Notes: generated by a model from the letters alone, not told the origin. A DNA stretch of 64,000 bases from an uncultured Nitrososphaeraceae archaeon (GCA_963779615.1 CAVZZA010000003.1:608001-672000), one strand, 5' to 3'; counted from the stretch's first letter, positions 43,819 to 55,046 are shown. A program made the numbers and translations.

Positions 43819-44754
43819 GAGCCTATACCAAAAATCGATAGAATTATAGCTTATTATCCTTTTCATCCACTTGTGACATCGGCCCATCATAAGAACAAGA
43901 ATAAACACACCATCAGAGATTCCAGATGAATCATGGGATGAAATAAGTACCATTTTACCCAAGGAAAAACATGATAACGCGATTGGTCGTCCAATTGTTC
44001 CCTACAGAAAAGTGATGGACGGCATTGTTTATGTTCTTGGAACCGGAGGCCAGTGGAAAATGCTACCCAAAGAATACGGTTCTGGCTCCACATGCCACAG
44101 AAGATTCCAGGAATGGATCCATCAGATATTTTCAAAAAGATGTGGATTAGGTTGTTGGAATCATATGACCGCAAAAAAGGAATCAAGTGGACATGACAAT
44201 CGATTCACAGCATATCGGCATGTCGCCCTTGGGGGGGGCAATGACCGGTAACAATCCCACTGACAGAGGCAAACTGGGCACAAAAAGGCACATTTTGACA
44301 GTCAAGAAATGTATCCCGCTCTCAGTTGTCATATAATCAGCCAACTCTCATGACATAAAGTTGGTAGATAATGTTATTGACAATACGGTTGTTAAGCGAC
44401 CTTCTTCTTTTTCATCACAAAGCTATGATGAAAAGAGAAACAAACACCATCATTTATGCCTTGATAAAGCGTACATCTTCAAATCCGCAAAACAAGAAAT
44501 TATCAAAAGAGGGCATATGCTTCAAATTATTTGCAAATGGAAAAGAGGAGAAAAAGCCAAGATGAAAACAGATGACACATGCCTCCGAAAACGATATCCT
44601 GCAAGAAGGTGTGTAGTAAAGAGAACCAATTCATGGCACAACAGGCTCAGGAAACTGTTCACAAGATATTTAAAGAATGCAGAGAACTACCTTGGCTTAG
44701 TGCATCTATCATGCAGTATCATAATCTACAGAAAGATAATTTTGGCACGGGCTC
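43819..44754 (+). mobile_element. IS5-family element (IS1031-like), degenerate transposase
   Basis: DGIVYVLGTGGQWKMLPKEYGSGSTCHRRFQEW, LCLDKAY, RxxVxRTNSW in broken frames; imperfect TIRs GAGCCTATACCAAAA / TTTTGGCACGGGCTC; flanks TCA/TAA. Confidence 0.85.
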
Positions 44755-44798
44755 TAAGTTCAAAAAATATATTTATTAAAAAAATAGACTATATTCGT

Positions 44799-44960
44799 CT
44801 AATCAGAATTGGTTTCATTTTTTGGATTTTGTTTCTTCTTTATACTTTCTGATACGGTTTGATCTTCTATTTCTTCTTCGTTATATTCTTCAGATTTTCC
44901 TACAAGATTGGATTCTTCGTCCGCAAATTCATTCTCTCCCCTATTGTCGATAGATGACAT
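44799..44960 (-). CDS. small acidic hydrophilic protein (53 aa)
   Basis: hand translation MSSIDNRGENEFADEESNLVGKSEEYNEEEIEDQTVSESIKKKQNPKNETNSD. Confidence 0.5.
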   Translation of the reverse strand: MSSIDNRGENEFADEESNLVGKSEEYNEEEIEDQTVSESIKKKQNPKNETNSD

Positions 44961-45217
44961 AACAATTCTTGTTTTAAAAGGGTATTATACTTTTCATGGA
45001 TTAAATCGATATAAAAAAAACAGATTTATTTTACACCAATGTCAGAGGACACTAAAACCTTAACATAATTTTTCTTAACTTTCCATGTTATCTCAAGTAT
45101 ACATCTAACTAAAAAAACTTTGGTGATGATTGTCCGACATCACCCTATAAACGATGCAAAGTTATTTTATCATCATAGTTACTGATATAGATATTAATAT
45201 TAATTTGAAAAAATAAA

Positions 45218-45736
45218 TCATGATTTTAGTTGGACCTTTGATTTTAAAAGCATTCCACCTGCCACCAAGAAAGCCAAACCACCTAGAATTAAAAACGCCA
45301 AATCAAATGCAAATGGATCTGCAACATCTATAACATGATGCATTTCCAATATATGATGATTAACTACTCCTTCAACAGTGTTAAAACCACCAAGACCAAT
45401 AAAGATTAATCCCAGAAATAGCCATTTATTTGAAAGTATAGAATTTTTACCATTGGAACTGGAGGCATACCAAAGAATGACAATCCCAGAAATTGTTATT
45501 ATCAAAGAGAATGCAAGAAACACTCCATCATATGCAATATTCATTTGCAATGACTCCATTGTGTTGGGGATGATTTTATGAGACGCGGTGTGATGCCATT
45601 GCAGTATCTCGTGGAATATAATGATGTCTATCAATCCCGCAAGGCCTATTCCAATTAGAATGGCAGAGACAGCAGATTTTCTCTTGCTTGCAATTTCTCC
45701 ATATCTATAATTATTCTCTTTAGCATTATTGGCCAT
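45218..45736 (-). CDS. DUF2243-like membrane protein
   Basis: DIIIFHEILQWHH, DG, GGFNTVEGVVNHHILEMHHV; four TMs. Confidence 0.85.
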   Translation of the reverse strand: MANNAKENNYRYGEIASKRKSAVSAILIGIGLAGLIDIIIFHEILQWHHTASHKIIPNTMESLQMNIAYDGVFLAFSLIITISGIVILWYASSSNGKNSILSNKWLFLGLIFIGLGGFNTVEGVVNHHILEMHHVIDVADPFAFDLAFLILGGLAFLVAGGMLLKSKVQLKS

Positions 45737-45898
45737 TGGTTAATGACACATAAGTAACATGCTATTTATAAGTAAAGTAAAAATGGCAAGTTTCAGCATC
45801 AATACACAAAATTGCAGTATGCATATACACGGAAGTTATCGAGTCAAATGACGACCTTACCAAATAATGATTAAATACATCTGAAACAAAATTTTAAT

Positions 45899-46657
45899 GT
45901 GAAATTTCTTCTTTTTGCTATTTTATTGATCGCATCTCCAATTCTTATTAATATGAACATTAATCTTCAGCATTCTGATTCAAGGTGTTCAAATGGCACA
46001 CACAAAAGCCCTAGCGGCGATTGTGAAAAAATAACACAAAGCAAAGAAAAACCCAAGTGTCCAAATGGTTATCACATAAGCCCTGACGGTGATTGCGAAG
46101 AGGCAAAGAGAGGTAATGATGGTCTTAAAGATACAACATATGACAAAACAAATAAAAAAAGCAATTACAATAACGGATACGATAAAAATTACAACCCCAT
46201 TATCAAAGAAGGAAGTGGTGCAGGATCAATCAATACAAATGCACCCCCTCTGATAAATACTAAATATGGTAATGTCTCAGACGATTGTCTAGGAAAGGCA
46301 GATTGTTTTACAGGAGTGGTTACAAAGGTAGTGGATGGGGATACTGTTGATGTCAATGACGTCAGGGTAAGGTTGGCATTAGTAAACACTGCTGAGAGAG
46401 GAGAACCCAAATACACAGAAGCAACAGAATTTGTTAAGAGTGTTTGCGGCATTGGGGCCAAAGCTTTGGTTGATGAAGATGACGGGCAACCAAACGGAAG
46501 TTATAACCGAATGGTTGGTCTTGTTTATTGCGGGCAGGACAAAACATCATTAAATCAGCAATTACTTCAAAATGGCTATGCAAAAATACTCGAACAATAT
46601 TGCAGCACTAGTGAATTTTCTAAACAAACATGGGCATTTACATATGGGTGTAGGTGA
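45899..46657 (+). CDS. secreted thermonuclease (SNase) family protein with Cys repeats
   Basis: signal peptide; KVVDGDT, VRLALVNTAE, YNRMVGLVY, LNQQLLQNGYA. Confidence 0.85.
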   Translation: MKFLLFAILLIASPILINMNINLQHSDSRCSNGTHKSPSGDCEKITQSKEKPKCPNGYHISPDGDCEEAKRGNDGLKDTTYDKTNKKSNYNNGYDKNYNPIIKEGSGAGSINTNAPPLINTKYGNVSDDCLGKADCFTGVVTKVVDGDTVDVNDVRVRLALVNTAERGEPKYTEATEFVKSVCGIGAKALVDEDDGQPNGSYNRMVGLVYCGQDKTSLNQQLLQNGYAKILEQYCSTSEFSKQTWAFTYGCR

Positions 46658-47019
46658 CTAAGGTAAATGCAGAAATCCGGGCAGCAGCATGATAAAATAA
46701 GCAAATAGTAAAAGAGATACTAACATCACACAATCGAAAAACATGATAACTCAATGCAAGCAATTTAATACCCCATTCATTTTGAGGTATCACGTTACTG
46801 AATTTTCCAAATTCAAGAATAGATGCTTTGGATTTTTAAAAAAAAATTAAATATAAAAGAATAACATTTTGTCATACAACTGTATTATATTTACGATAAT
46901 TCAAAATACGGGTATAGAAATAAAAAATAACACGTAATTGCGGAATTCTTATATATTTTGTCTGATATCTAAATCTATCGAACAATATACTTTTTGTATT
47001 TTGTTTAACCCCAACAATA

Positions 47020-47583
47020 ATGATTGCATCACCCATGTTATCAGTTTATGGAGCTAGCAGGGATTCCCCTGACATAGAAAAAGCCACAGTCTCAACAGAT
47101 CCCCATGAAATGGAAGCCATACTCAAAACACATGGTCATATATCAACAAACGGTGATGATGGTGCATTTGGATACGGTGTACTAACTAAAGAAGGATTAG
47201 ATGCAGCAAATGTTAGCACAACACACAAAGGTGTGAAAGACAGCGAGGAACAAAAGAATAAAGACGATCCTGTTTGGCATAATCATTTTGTCACATTATC
47301 AGATGATTCTAGCAAATGTGGCAAGGATCTTCAAGTCGAAAAAATAACCTTTGAATCACCAGGTGACGTCAATGTTAACGGAAAGACTGCAGAACTAACA
47401 AACACCCCATCCAAATTCACAGGAAAGGATGCATTGAGTAGTGACAAATTGACATTGAAGCCAGGAACCGATGCCAGGGATGTTGTCTCATTCAAATTAG
47501 ATCCGAAATTTAAAAATGACGGCGAATTAGAGGCAGTATGTGTTACCGATGTCCAACCAGCTGATAAAGTAGTAGTCCAATAA
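47020..47583 (+). CDS. hypothetical, probably secreted protein
   Basis: 187 aa; AFGYG, THxGVxDSE and WHNH motifs; signal region may be truncated. Confidence 0.65.
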   Translation: MIASPMLSVYGASRDSPDIEKATVSTDPHEMEAILKTHGHISTNGDDGAFGYGVLTKEGLDAANVSTTHKGVKDSEEQKNKDDPVWHNHFVTLSDDSSKCGKDLQVEKITFESPGDVNVNGKTAELTNTPSKFTGKDALSSDKLTLKPGTDARDVVSFKLDPKFKNDGELEAVCVTDVQPADKVVVQ

Positions 47584-48000
47584 AAACTTCATTTTCGCTC
47601 TCTTTATTTTATCCTTAATATTTTATTTCCAGTAAAAAAACTATGTGGTTTGGTTAATGAAACACAATATAGGGATCATTATGTGTATTTTACAATTATT
47701 ACATTATGATATCTTATAAAGAAACAAACAAGTTAAAATTTTTCACATTCGGCACATGTTTACCCAAAAATACCATCTTAGCGGCTGTTAAGGCAATACA
47801 ATAACATTGTTTTGATTTATTAGACTAATGCTGCTAACATTCAACAAATAAAGAGATGGGCAGAAACTTTTGATTTACAAAAAAGCAGAGCACGGGATCG
47901 TGTATTCTTAAAGCGTTACCATAACCTTGACGAAGGTTAAATCGTATTTGTGAGGATTTCATAAAATAATGGAACATGGGTTTAGTCTTGAATGTCCTTG

Positions 48001-48177
48001 TTATTCAAAATTTGAATGAATTATCCTAAAGTCTATACCTTGCTCATACAATCCTTTGCTAATGATTTTTACAATCCCTTCTTTCACATTATCGTACCGG
48101 CTTTTATCTTTGATTATATCCTCTGGTATGTCTACCTCTAATTCCAATGTTAATTTAACTTTACTGGCATTTACCAT
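48001..48177 (-). CDS. small hypothetical protein (58 aa)
   Basis: hand translation MVNASKVKLTLELEVDIPEDIIKDKSRYDNVKEGIVKIISKGLYEQGIDFRIIHSNFE. Confidence 0.55.
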   Translation of the reverse strand: MVNASKVKLTLELEVDIPEDIIKDKSRYDNVKEGIVKIISKGLYEQGIDFRIIHSNFE

Positions 48178-48786
48178 AATGATTATCTATGAATATAAAG
48201 TATTTAAAACAACATCAAACTTCATTGTTGCAGAAAACAGTGAATGGGCATAGGCATATTTTTTATTTAATTTACATCAAGAATGAAACAGACATACAGG
48301 TACAGAAATTTTTATTTGTTAACAGTTTTATAAAATAATTATAAAAAAAATAAAATATTGAAATACCTCAATCATTTTCAACCATCATGTATTTTATTAT
48401 TAGTTGTTACGGGGCTTCTTTGCGCTACAGTAAAAGCGGTTCTTTCCAAATAGCCGGAAGGTTTTGCACCCATCCGTTGTGCACTATTGGAAATTTCAAA
48501 GGATTCAACTTGATTGATAAAAGCATTAGATATGGAGCATTGACCCCTCTTGCCTTAAAAGATATTTAAATGATCAATGCATCATATGTAAATGGAAAGA
48601 ATGTCCCCAGTTTATCATACTAATAATTAGAGAAGATTACCATAGAAATATCGCAAATATATAAAAAACAAAAAAAATGACTGTTTTCTTTACATTTAGG
48701 CGGATTGAAGACCAAAGTTATCCTCACCTTTTCGCATTATTTTTTACATGGTTTGCAAATATTGCCCCGATAAATTTATCCTGGTC

Positions 48787-49429
48787 CTATGGTCCGCCTG
48801 GTGTAAGCCCAGAGGTTATACCTATTGTGTTGATAATTGTGCATATTTGGGACTCTTCACTAGCTATTGTGCCTGTTGCGTTTTGGAAAGTATCCAGATC
48901 GGTAAATTTTGCAGTGACAATGTCCTTCAGCAGTTGTTGAAATTGTTCCAGTGGTTGCCTCACCAAGCTGATTTTCAAGGTTCGAGGTGTCGAAAGGAGT
49001 TTCAGATACCGAATAGGCCCCTGGATACAGTGTAACTTTAGTTCCATTGGTTGAGCCCTGGAAACTAATGGACGAGTTATCTCCGGCTACGGTTAATGTG
49101 AATTGACTTGGATATACACTACCCAAAACAAATTGGCAAACTGCATTGTTCGAGGGCAAACCTAAATCAGAATTACACCGAACAACTGTGTTTACTAAAA
49201 GTGTAGCCGAATCCCTTGGTGTTGTTGTTGGCGTAGTTGAAATTAATTCACCTGATTCATAAGTTGAATTTGATTCTTGTTTTTTTAAAAAGGTATTGTT
49301 TTCGTTTTGTGCATTGACAGAATTTATTTTAGCATCCTCAAAATTGGGAGGGCTAGAGGCCATCATTACCAATGTTGCCCCAATTGCAACAAAACACATC
49401 AATATTTTATACATTAATATACTAACCAT
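48787..49429 (-). pseudogene. secreted Thr/Ser-rich beta protein with a +1 frameshift near 48915
   Basis: ORF 48860-49429 reads well to AEGHC; the natural continuation TAKFTDLDTFQNATGTI...ICTIIN lies in the 48787 frame. Confidence 0.65.
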
Positions 49430-49882
49430 AAAAAATAATGTTTTTATACTTTTAATAGTGGTTATGGTTTTGTTTTATGTTTACTTCACCAATAACAAAT
49501 TGAAAGGATTGATAATAATGAAGATAACCCCACCATAAAGATAACCTCCATTCATTATGGAGATTTCATAAATTGATGGCAATAACTACTAAAATCTACA
49601 ATAATTAAACACACCAACATTAAAGTAAGCAGACAGACACAAAGGAAAGTTTCAAGAGAAAAGAGAAGAAATACAAACATTTGAATTCACATGCAGTGAG
49701 ATCCAATCAAGGCAGAAGACCACCTATATGTTTGTTTGAAAAATAAGGGATCCATTAAAGAAGGGTCATGTCATTCATAATTGCTCATTATTATCATCAT
49801 TTCAATTTGGTTTTGAATTTATTGTTAGAGTGGATACAAGGCATAAAAATTATTATATCAATTCACTAGGTTTTTAAAATAT

Positions 49883-50917
49883 ATGGATGTTACACCAAAC
49901 TCGCAAGGAATTATCAAGTTAGCATTCATAGTTTTAGTGTCTTTTTTTGTCATGAATATCCTAGCAGGCAATGTTATAGGACAGGCGGCAGCAGCAACAG
50001 CAACATCTCAAATGCAAGTACAACAACCGCCACAACAAACAACCATTCAAAACAAGGAAAACATTGCAAAACTATTGGCTGACATGACAAAGCAAAGGCT
50101 TGATGACGCGAAAACCATTCTTGAAATCACCAGTAAAGACCCTACAGTAAAAAATGTACCTTACGCAAATAACATAAGCAAAACATACATGGGTATTCCT
50201 GAAAACCTCGATACAGCAAAGAGAAATGTGGCTAAAGAGATTCTTCATGACAACAAGGATTTCGGAAGCATATATTTTACCATGCCAAATGGGGATGTTT
50301 ACGTTGGCGAGCCTTACTCGGACCAAAAGCAGCTTCCAAGGCTTAACTTTGCGGATAGGGAATGGTATAAGGGAGTAACATCTGCAAGCAATGACAATAA
50401 AGCATATACAAGTTCTGTATTTATTTCCGCCTCCATTAATTTGCCCGCAACAGCTATTGCGGTACCGGTGTATGCTACTGGCGACAAAGATGACAAAAAC
50501 CCCCCGAACACAAGCGACCGGTTATTAGGGTATTGGGTAGGGATAGTTGATTTAAACAGCGTGAGCGAAAGCATCAAGAATATTGATTTTGGCAACAATG
50601 AACAAATAATCATTGTTGATCACAATGGCAATGCGTTAGTTGATTCCAATTCCAGCAATTATGAAAAAAACAATACCAACATCAATTCTCCTTCTTCATC
50701 TTCATCTTCTTTGCTAGTCCCTAACTCAACGGGTAATGGCCATGATCAACAACAACAATTAGCATCATATTCCAATCTTGAAAGCGTTAAAAAAGCACTG
50801 AGTGGAAAAAATGGTACAAATGTCGAATCTATAAATGGCATAAAGTTACTTACAGCATACCAACCGATACAGGTAGGCAATCACAATTGGGGAGTCGTGC
50901 TAATCACCAAAATATAA
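49883..50917 (+). CDS. stand-alone dCache domain protein
   Basis: signal/TM, NFADREWYK, IAVPV, IIVDHNG, WGVV; ends with no second TM or output domain. Confidence 0.8.
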   Translation: MDVTPNSQGIIKLAFIVLVSFFVMNILAGNVIGQAAAATATSQMQVQQPPQQTTIQNKENIAKLLADMTKQRLDDAKTILEITSKDPTVKNVPYANNISKTYMGIPENLDTAKRNVAKEILHDNKDFGSIYFTMPNGDVYVGEPYSDQKQLPRLNFADREWYKGVTSASNDNKAYTSSVFISASINLPATAIAVPVYATGDKDDKNPPNTSDRLLGYWVGIVDLNSVSESIKNIDFGNNEQIIIVDHNGNALVDSNSSNYEKNNTNINSPSSSSSSLLVPNSTGNGHDQQQQLASYSNLESVKKALSGKNGTNVESINGIKLLTAYQPIQVGNHNWGVVLITKI

Positions 50918-51323
50918 TACGACTTTTTTTGACCAATTTTATCAAACCCCCCAAAATCTTTGGTTTTATGTACGCAAGCTGCCATAGCAATACAAAAGTC
51001 TTAATGGCCTACATCTTCACCGCCTCCATTTTTATGTTTTCGATTACCCCGGACTACGAGTAACCGCCAGTTGCATTGCATTATGTATCAATGGCATCAT
51101 GATACTTGTTGACGACATCATTTGAGAGACAGACAATATTGAAAGAACTATTTTGACATCGCAACGACTTTGTTAAAATATAACTCTTCAAATAAAGGCA
51201 AAAAGGCAGTCTGGAGCAAAATATTACAACAGCATATATCCAAATGAAAAATCATTGTAATGCTGCTGAACTCCATGCATATTTATTAATTCAATCTATA
51301 AAATGTTTATTAGGTAAATACAC

Positions 51324-51346
51324 TTTGCCTAGGCTAACATTTATAA
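51324..51346 (+). promoter_or_regulatory. DtxR/MntR-type operator plus TATA box
   Basis: near-palindrome TTTGCCTAGGCTAA (51324-51337) directly upstream of TTTATAA (51340-51346), which lies about 25-30 bp before the MCO start. Confidence 0.65.
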
Positions 51347-51370
51347 TCTCGTTTAACTAAAATGATTTAG

Positions 51371-52573
51371 TTGTCAAAATCACGAATAATACTGATGTCC
51401 ATTTTTGCATTATCTATTCTAAGTACAGTAATGGTTGTTCTTTTTTCAATTAATCAATCTAAATTCATTGCAGGAAAAGACTCGGATGCGGAACAAGGGG
51501 AAAAGAATGTAAAAATTGTTACTGGCGGACATGGAAGTGGACACAACTCCATCAAAACATCTGGAGATATCTTGAATTCAGTAAATGGGGATAATATGTC
51601 CAATAAAGACATAAACCCAATGAAATATTTAAGGGACTTTAATTATGGGCATGTTTCTAAAACAGAAAATGGAACAACCTTAAGAGAATTTACCATAATT
51701 GCACAGGATAAAAAACTGGAGATATCTCCGGGCGCATTTATGGACGCATGGACTTTCAATGGAACAATTCCCGGCCCAACTATTAGAGCAACAGAAGGGG
51801 ACTTGATAAAAATCAATTTTATAAACAACGGTTCAAAACCCCACACAATGCATTTCCATGGAATACACAAGTCAGAAATGGATGGCGTTTTGGATAATGT
51901 GGCACCGGGCGGTAAGTTTGTATATGAATTTACTGCAGAGCCTTTTGGAGTATTTCTCTATCATTGCCACGTACAGCCTTTAGAAGAACACCTTAACCGA
52001 GGTCTTTATGGAGCATATATTGTTGATCCCAAGACACCTCGTCCACCTGCCGACGAAATGGTTATGGTTATGAATGGATATGACACAGATTTTGATACTG
52101 AAAATAATTTTTACACCGTAAATGGTCTTCCCTTTTATTACATGAACAATCCAATTGATATTGAAAAGAACAAACTAATACGAATATATCTCATTAACAT
52201 GCTCGAGTTTGACCAAATAAATAATTTTCATTTGCATGCAAATCTTTTTAACTTTTATAGCACAGGAACCAGCTTAACCCCTAATGAATATACGGATATT
52301 GTAACAATGTCACAGGGTGATAGGGGCATAATGGAATTTACATACAAATATCCAGGTCCGTACATGTTTCACGCTCACAAGACAGAGTTTTCAGAAAAAG
52401 GTTGGGTAGGGAACTTTTTAGTAAAAGATGACTTGAGAGAACCAGATTTAACTACATTCAGCAAGGGTGAAAAAGCTGGCCTCATGATGGAACAGGAAAA
52501 AAACAATCGCAGTTCTGAAAACATTACAAATAAACCAAACAATCAAACAAATGGGGTGAATCTGAACCTATGA
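51371..52573 (+). CDS. two-domain multicopper oxidase
   Basis: HTMHFHG, YHCHV..H...GL, FHLH, FHAH copper motifs; N-terminal TM. Confidence 0.92.
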   Translation: MSKSRIILMSIFALSILSTVMVVLFSINQSKFIAGKDSDAEQGEKNVKIVTGGHGSGHNSIKTSGDILNSVNGDNMSNKDINPMKYLRDFNYGHVSKTENGTTLREFTIIAQDKKLEISPGAFMDAWTFNGTIPGPTIRATEGDLIKINFINNGSKPHTMHFHGIHKSEMDGVLDNVAPGGKFVYEFTAEPFGVFLYHCHVQPLEEHLNRGLYGAYIVDPKTPRPPADEMVMVMNGYDTDFDTENNFYTVNGLPFYYMNNPIDIEKNKLIRIYLINMLEFDQINNFHLHANLFNFYSTGTSLTPNEYTDIVTMSQGDRGIMEFTYKYPGPYMFHAHKTEFSEKGWVGNFLVKDDLREPDLTTFSKGEKAGLMMEQEKNNRSSENITNKPNNQTNGVNLNL

Positions 52574-53961
52574 GCACAAAAAAAAACCCAAACCAGGAAA
52601 AGACAGTAAAAAAATCATCACCCCCCAGCAGGAAAAAAACAATCGTTATTGCAATAATTCCATTGTTGGCACTGTCTGGAATGATTGCATTTCTCTTTGG
52701 CCCGGGGCAGACACTCCTTAACACAGGAACTTCGCTTCCCAGTGTCACTATTGAAAGGATAGAATTTCATGAAGGTGAAATTATATCATTAATTAGAAAC
52801 ACAGGTCCAGAAACAATTGAAATTGCGCAAGCCGACGTAAATGATCGGATAACAGCAGCAGCAATAGAACCAGGCAAATCCCTGGCAAGATTTGCAGAGG
52901 CCAAAATCACAATACCTTTTCCTTGGGAGCCCGGTGTTCCCTATGAGGTTGGAATTACAACATCAGATGGAACAAGGTTTAGCAAGGGCATAGATGCAGC
53001 GGCTTTGGCCCCTACACCTGACATACAACAAGCATCATTTTTTGCCGTTATAGGAACCTATGTAGGGGTTATTCCGGTGTTAATAGGTCTTTTATGGTAC
53101 CCATTTATAAAAAGGCTGAGCGCAAACAAGTACAATTTTTTCCTCAGTTTGACTGCGGGCTTGTTGGTGTTTTTGGGCATAGACGCCCTTGTAGAGGCAA
53201 ACGAGATTGCCGGTGAAAACGTCGCCAAAGCGTTCAACGGCCAGGTCCTGATTGCAATGATCACCATTGTATCGTTCCTTGCGCTGCTATACATATCTGA
53301 AAAGCTTGTTGAACGCGCTTCGATTAGAAAACACTTTCGCCCTGCCAATCAATCAACAACAATAACAACAACAGCACCAAGCCCAACGTCAACGCTGTTA
53401 CCCGCTGCCGTGCCTCAACCAGTGTCTGAAAAAGAAATGATGGCAAAACCTATGGCAATATCATTAATGATATCAATAGGCATAGGTTTGCATAACCTCG
53501 GGGAAGGTTTGGCGATAGGCGCTGCAGTCCTACTGGGGCAGGTTGCATTCAGCACTTTTCTAATAGTGGGATTTACCCTGCACAACACAACAGAAGGCTT
53601 GGCGATAGTAGCCCCAATGGCCAAGGCAGGCAAAGTCAAGATACGAAAACTATTGCTGATGGGGCTAATAGCGGGAGCCCCTGCGATAGCAGGAACGTGG
53701 ATAGGCGGGTTCATGTATTCCCCCTTTGCGGCAATTATATTTTTGGCAGTAGGTGCAGGTGCAATATTTCAGGTGGTATTTTCCATTGCCTCCATGATGG
53801 CAAAAAATAACAGCAATAAAGGCAATAAAGGCAACATTGAGAACGGTATTGAGAACAATGAGAACAGTAGAAAACCACCTTTCCTAAGCACTTCTGTTAT
53901 TGCCGGATTTATAATAGGAATGGTTATAATGTATGTTACATCATTGCTGATACCATCTTGA
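52570..53961 (+). CDS. ZIP-family metal transporter with N-terminal extracellular domain
   Basis: GLHNLGEGLAIG and LHNTTEG motifs; 4-bp ATGA overlap with the MCO gene. Confidence 0.9.
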   Translation: MSTKKNPNQEKTVKKSSPPSRKKTIVIAIIPLLALSGMIAFLFGPGQTLLNTGTSLPSVTIERIEFHEGEIISLIRNTGPETIEIAQADVNDRITAAAIEPGKSLARFAEAKITIPFPWEPGVPYEVGITTSDGTRFSKGIDAAALAPTPDIQQASFFAVIGTYVGVIPVLIGLLWYPFIKRLSANKYNFFLSLTAGLLVFLGIDALVEANEIAGENVAKAFNGQVLIAMITIVSFLALLYISEKLVERASIRKHFRPANQSTTITTTAPSPTSTLLPAAVPQPVSEKEMMAKPMAISLMISIGIGLHNLGEGLAIGAAVLLGQVAFSTFLIVGFTLHNTTEGLAIVAPMAKAGKVKIRKLLLMGLIAGAPAIAGTWIGGFMYSPFAAIIFLAVGAGAIFQVVFSIASMMAKNNSNKGNKGNIENGIENNENSRKPPFLSTSVIAGFIIGMVIMYVTSLLIPS

Positions 53962-54035
53962 TGGTGCGTGTGATGAATATATGCGTATGACAAATCAACT
54001 AGAGAGTATAAAAAATAAGTGGAGGGCGAATATCA

Positions 54036-54539
54036 TTGTTTAGGGAATTAGATGACAAATTAATAGTCAAAAGCAATAACAATCGTCTTGAATCCATTCG
54101 GGATGCCCATAATAATGAAAGAAGAGAAGGGAAAGAAGAGCACCGCATAGACACTACAGATGCAATGGAGGATTACCTTGAGGTAATCTATGAATTAATA
54201 CAAAAAAAAGGATATGCAACAACCGTGGACATAGCAAACTATCTTCATGTAAGTTCACCTAGTGTTACCAAAATGGTCAAAAGACTGGACAAAATGGGTT
54301 ACCTAGTTTATGAAAAATACCGAGGGCTTCAACTAACCTCAGATGGAATTTCCGTTGCCAAGAACATCCATAAAAGGCATGACCTTTTAGTAGAGTTTCT
54401 AAAAATGATTGGAATAGATGAAGACATTGCAAACAGGGATGCAGAAGGTATTGAGCACCATTTGCATTCTCAAACAATTGAGAAACTAGAGGAGTTTATA
54501 AGGAACGCAAAAAAAAGAAACGTCAGGAGCACTAGCTAA
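54036..54539 (+). CDS. mntR: DtxR/MntR-family metal-dependent repressor
   Basis: MEDYLEVIY, SPSVTKMVKRL, RHDLL, DAEGIEHH. Confidence 0.9.
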   Translation: MFRELDDKLIVKSNNNRLESIRDAHNNERREGKEEHRIDTTDAMEDYLEVIYELIQKKGYATTVDIANYLHVSSPSVTKMVKRLDKMGYLVYEKYRGLQLTSDGISVAKNIHKRHDLLVEFLKMIGIDEDIANRDAEGIEHHLHSQTIEKLEEFIRNAKKRNVRSTS

Positions 54540-55046
54540 TGGTGCTTTATTTTCGCCACTCTTATTGATTATACGACAACAACACATCGCAGAACAGAAA
54601 CACATACTACCGTTACCATCCCCTCTTTTAACAAAATATCAATTTTTTAAAAACAGTGTAAGAAAATCCATCAAGCCTGCAATAAGATAAAATGCCATTT
54701 GACAGGACTTTGATGCACTAGTAAATTACCAAAGCATCAAGGTTTCCCTTTCTATGAATAATGGTTTACTCCTCAACCAACTATGGCAACCAATGCAATG
54801 CGCCTTAGGTAAAATACAGATAAGAAAATAAAACAATTAAACCCCCTCTGCCAGAATGTGTTACTCCCCCCCTCGGCCTCCGGCAATAGCGTCTTTTGAA
54901 AGACTGGCGATAATATGAGTCTCAGTTCCGTTCTGTTCAGCCAATGTCTTGACAAAAAACCATGTTTAAAAAGAACAAACATGGTAAAGTGCGGGGAATA
55001 TGGAGACCCGCCTTATAATTCAGAATACAATCTTTTAAAATCACAC

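Noticed and set aside
51371-52573. MCO as the nitrite reductase NirK
   Set aside because: The copper-motif pattern (HxHxH, HCH, HxH, HxH) and the ZIP/MntR context fit a two-domain MCO with a trinuclear site better.
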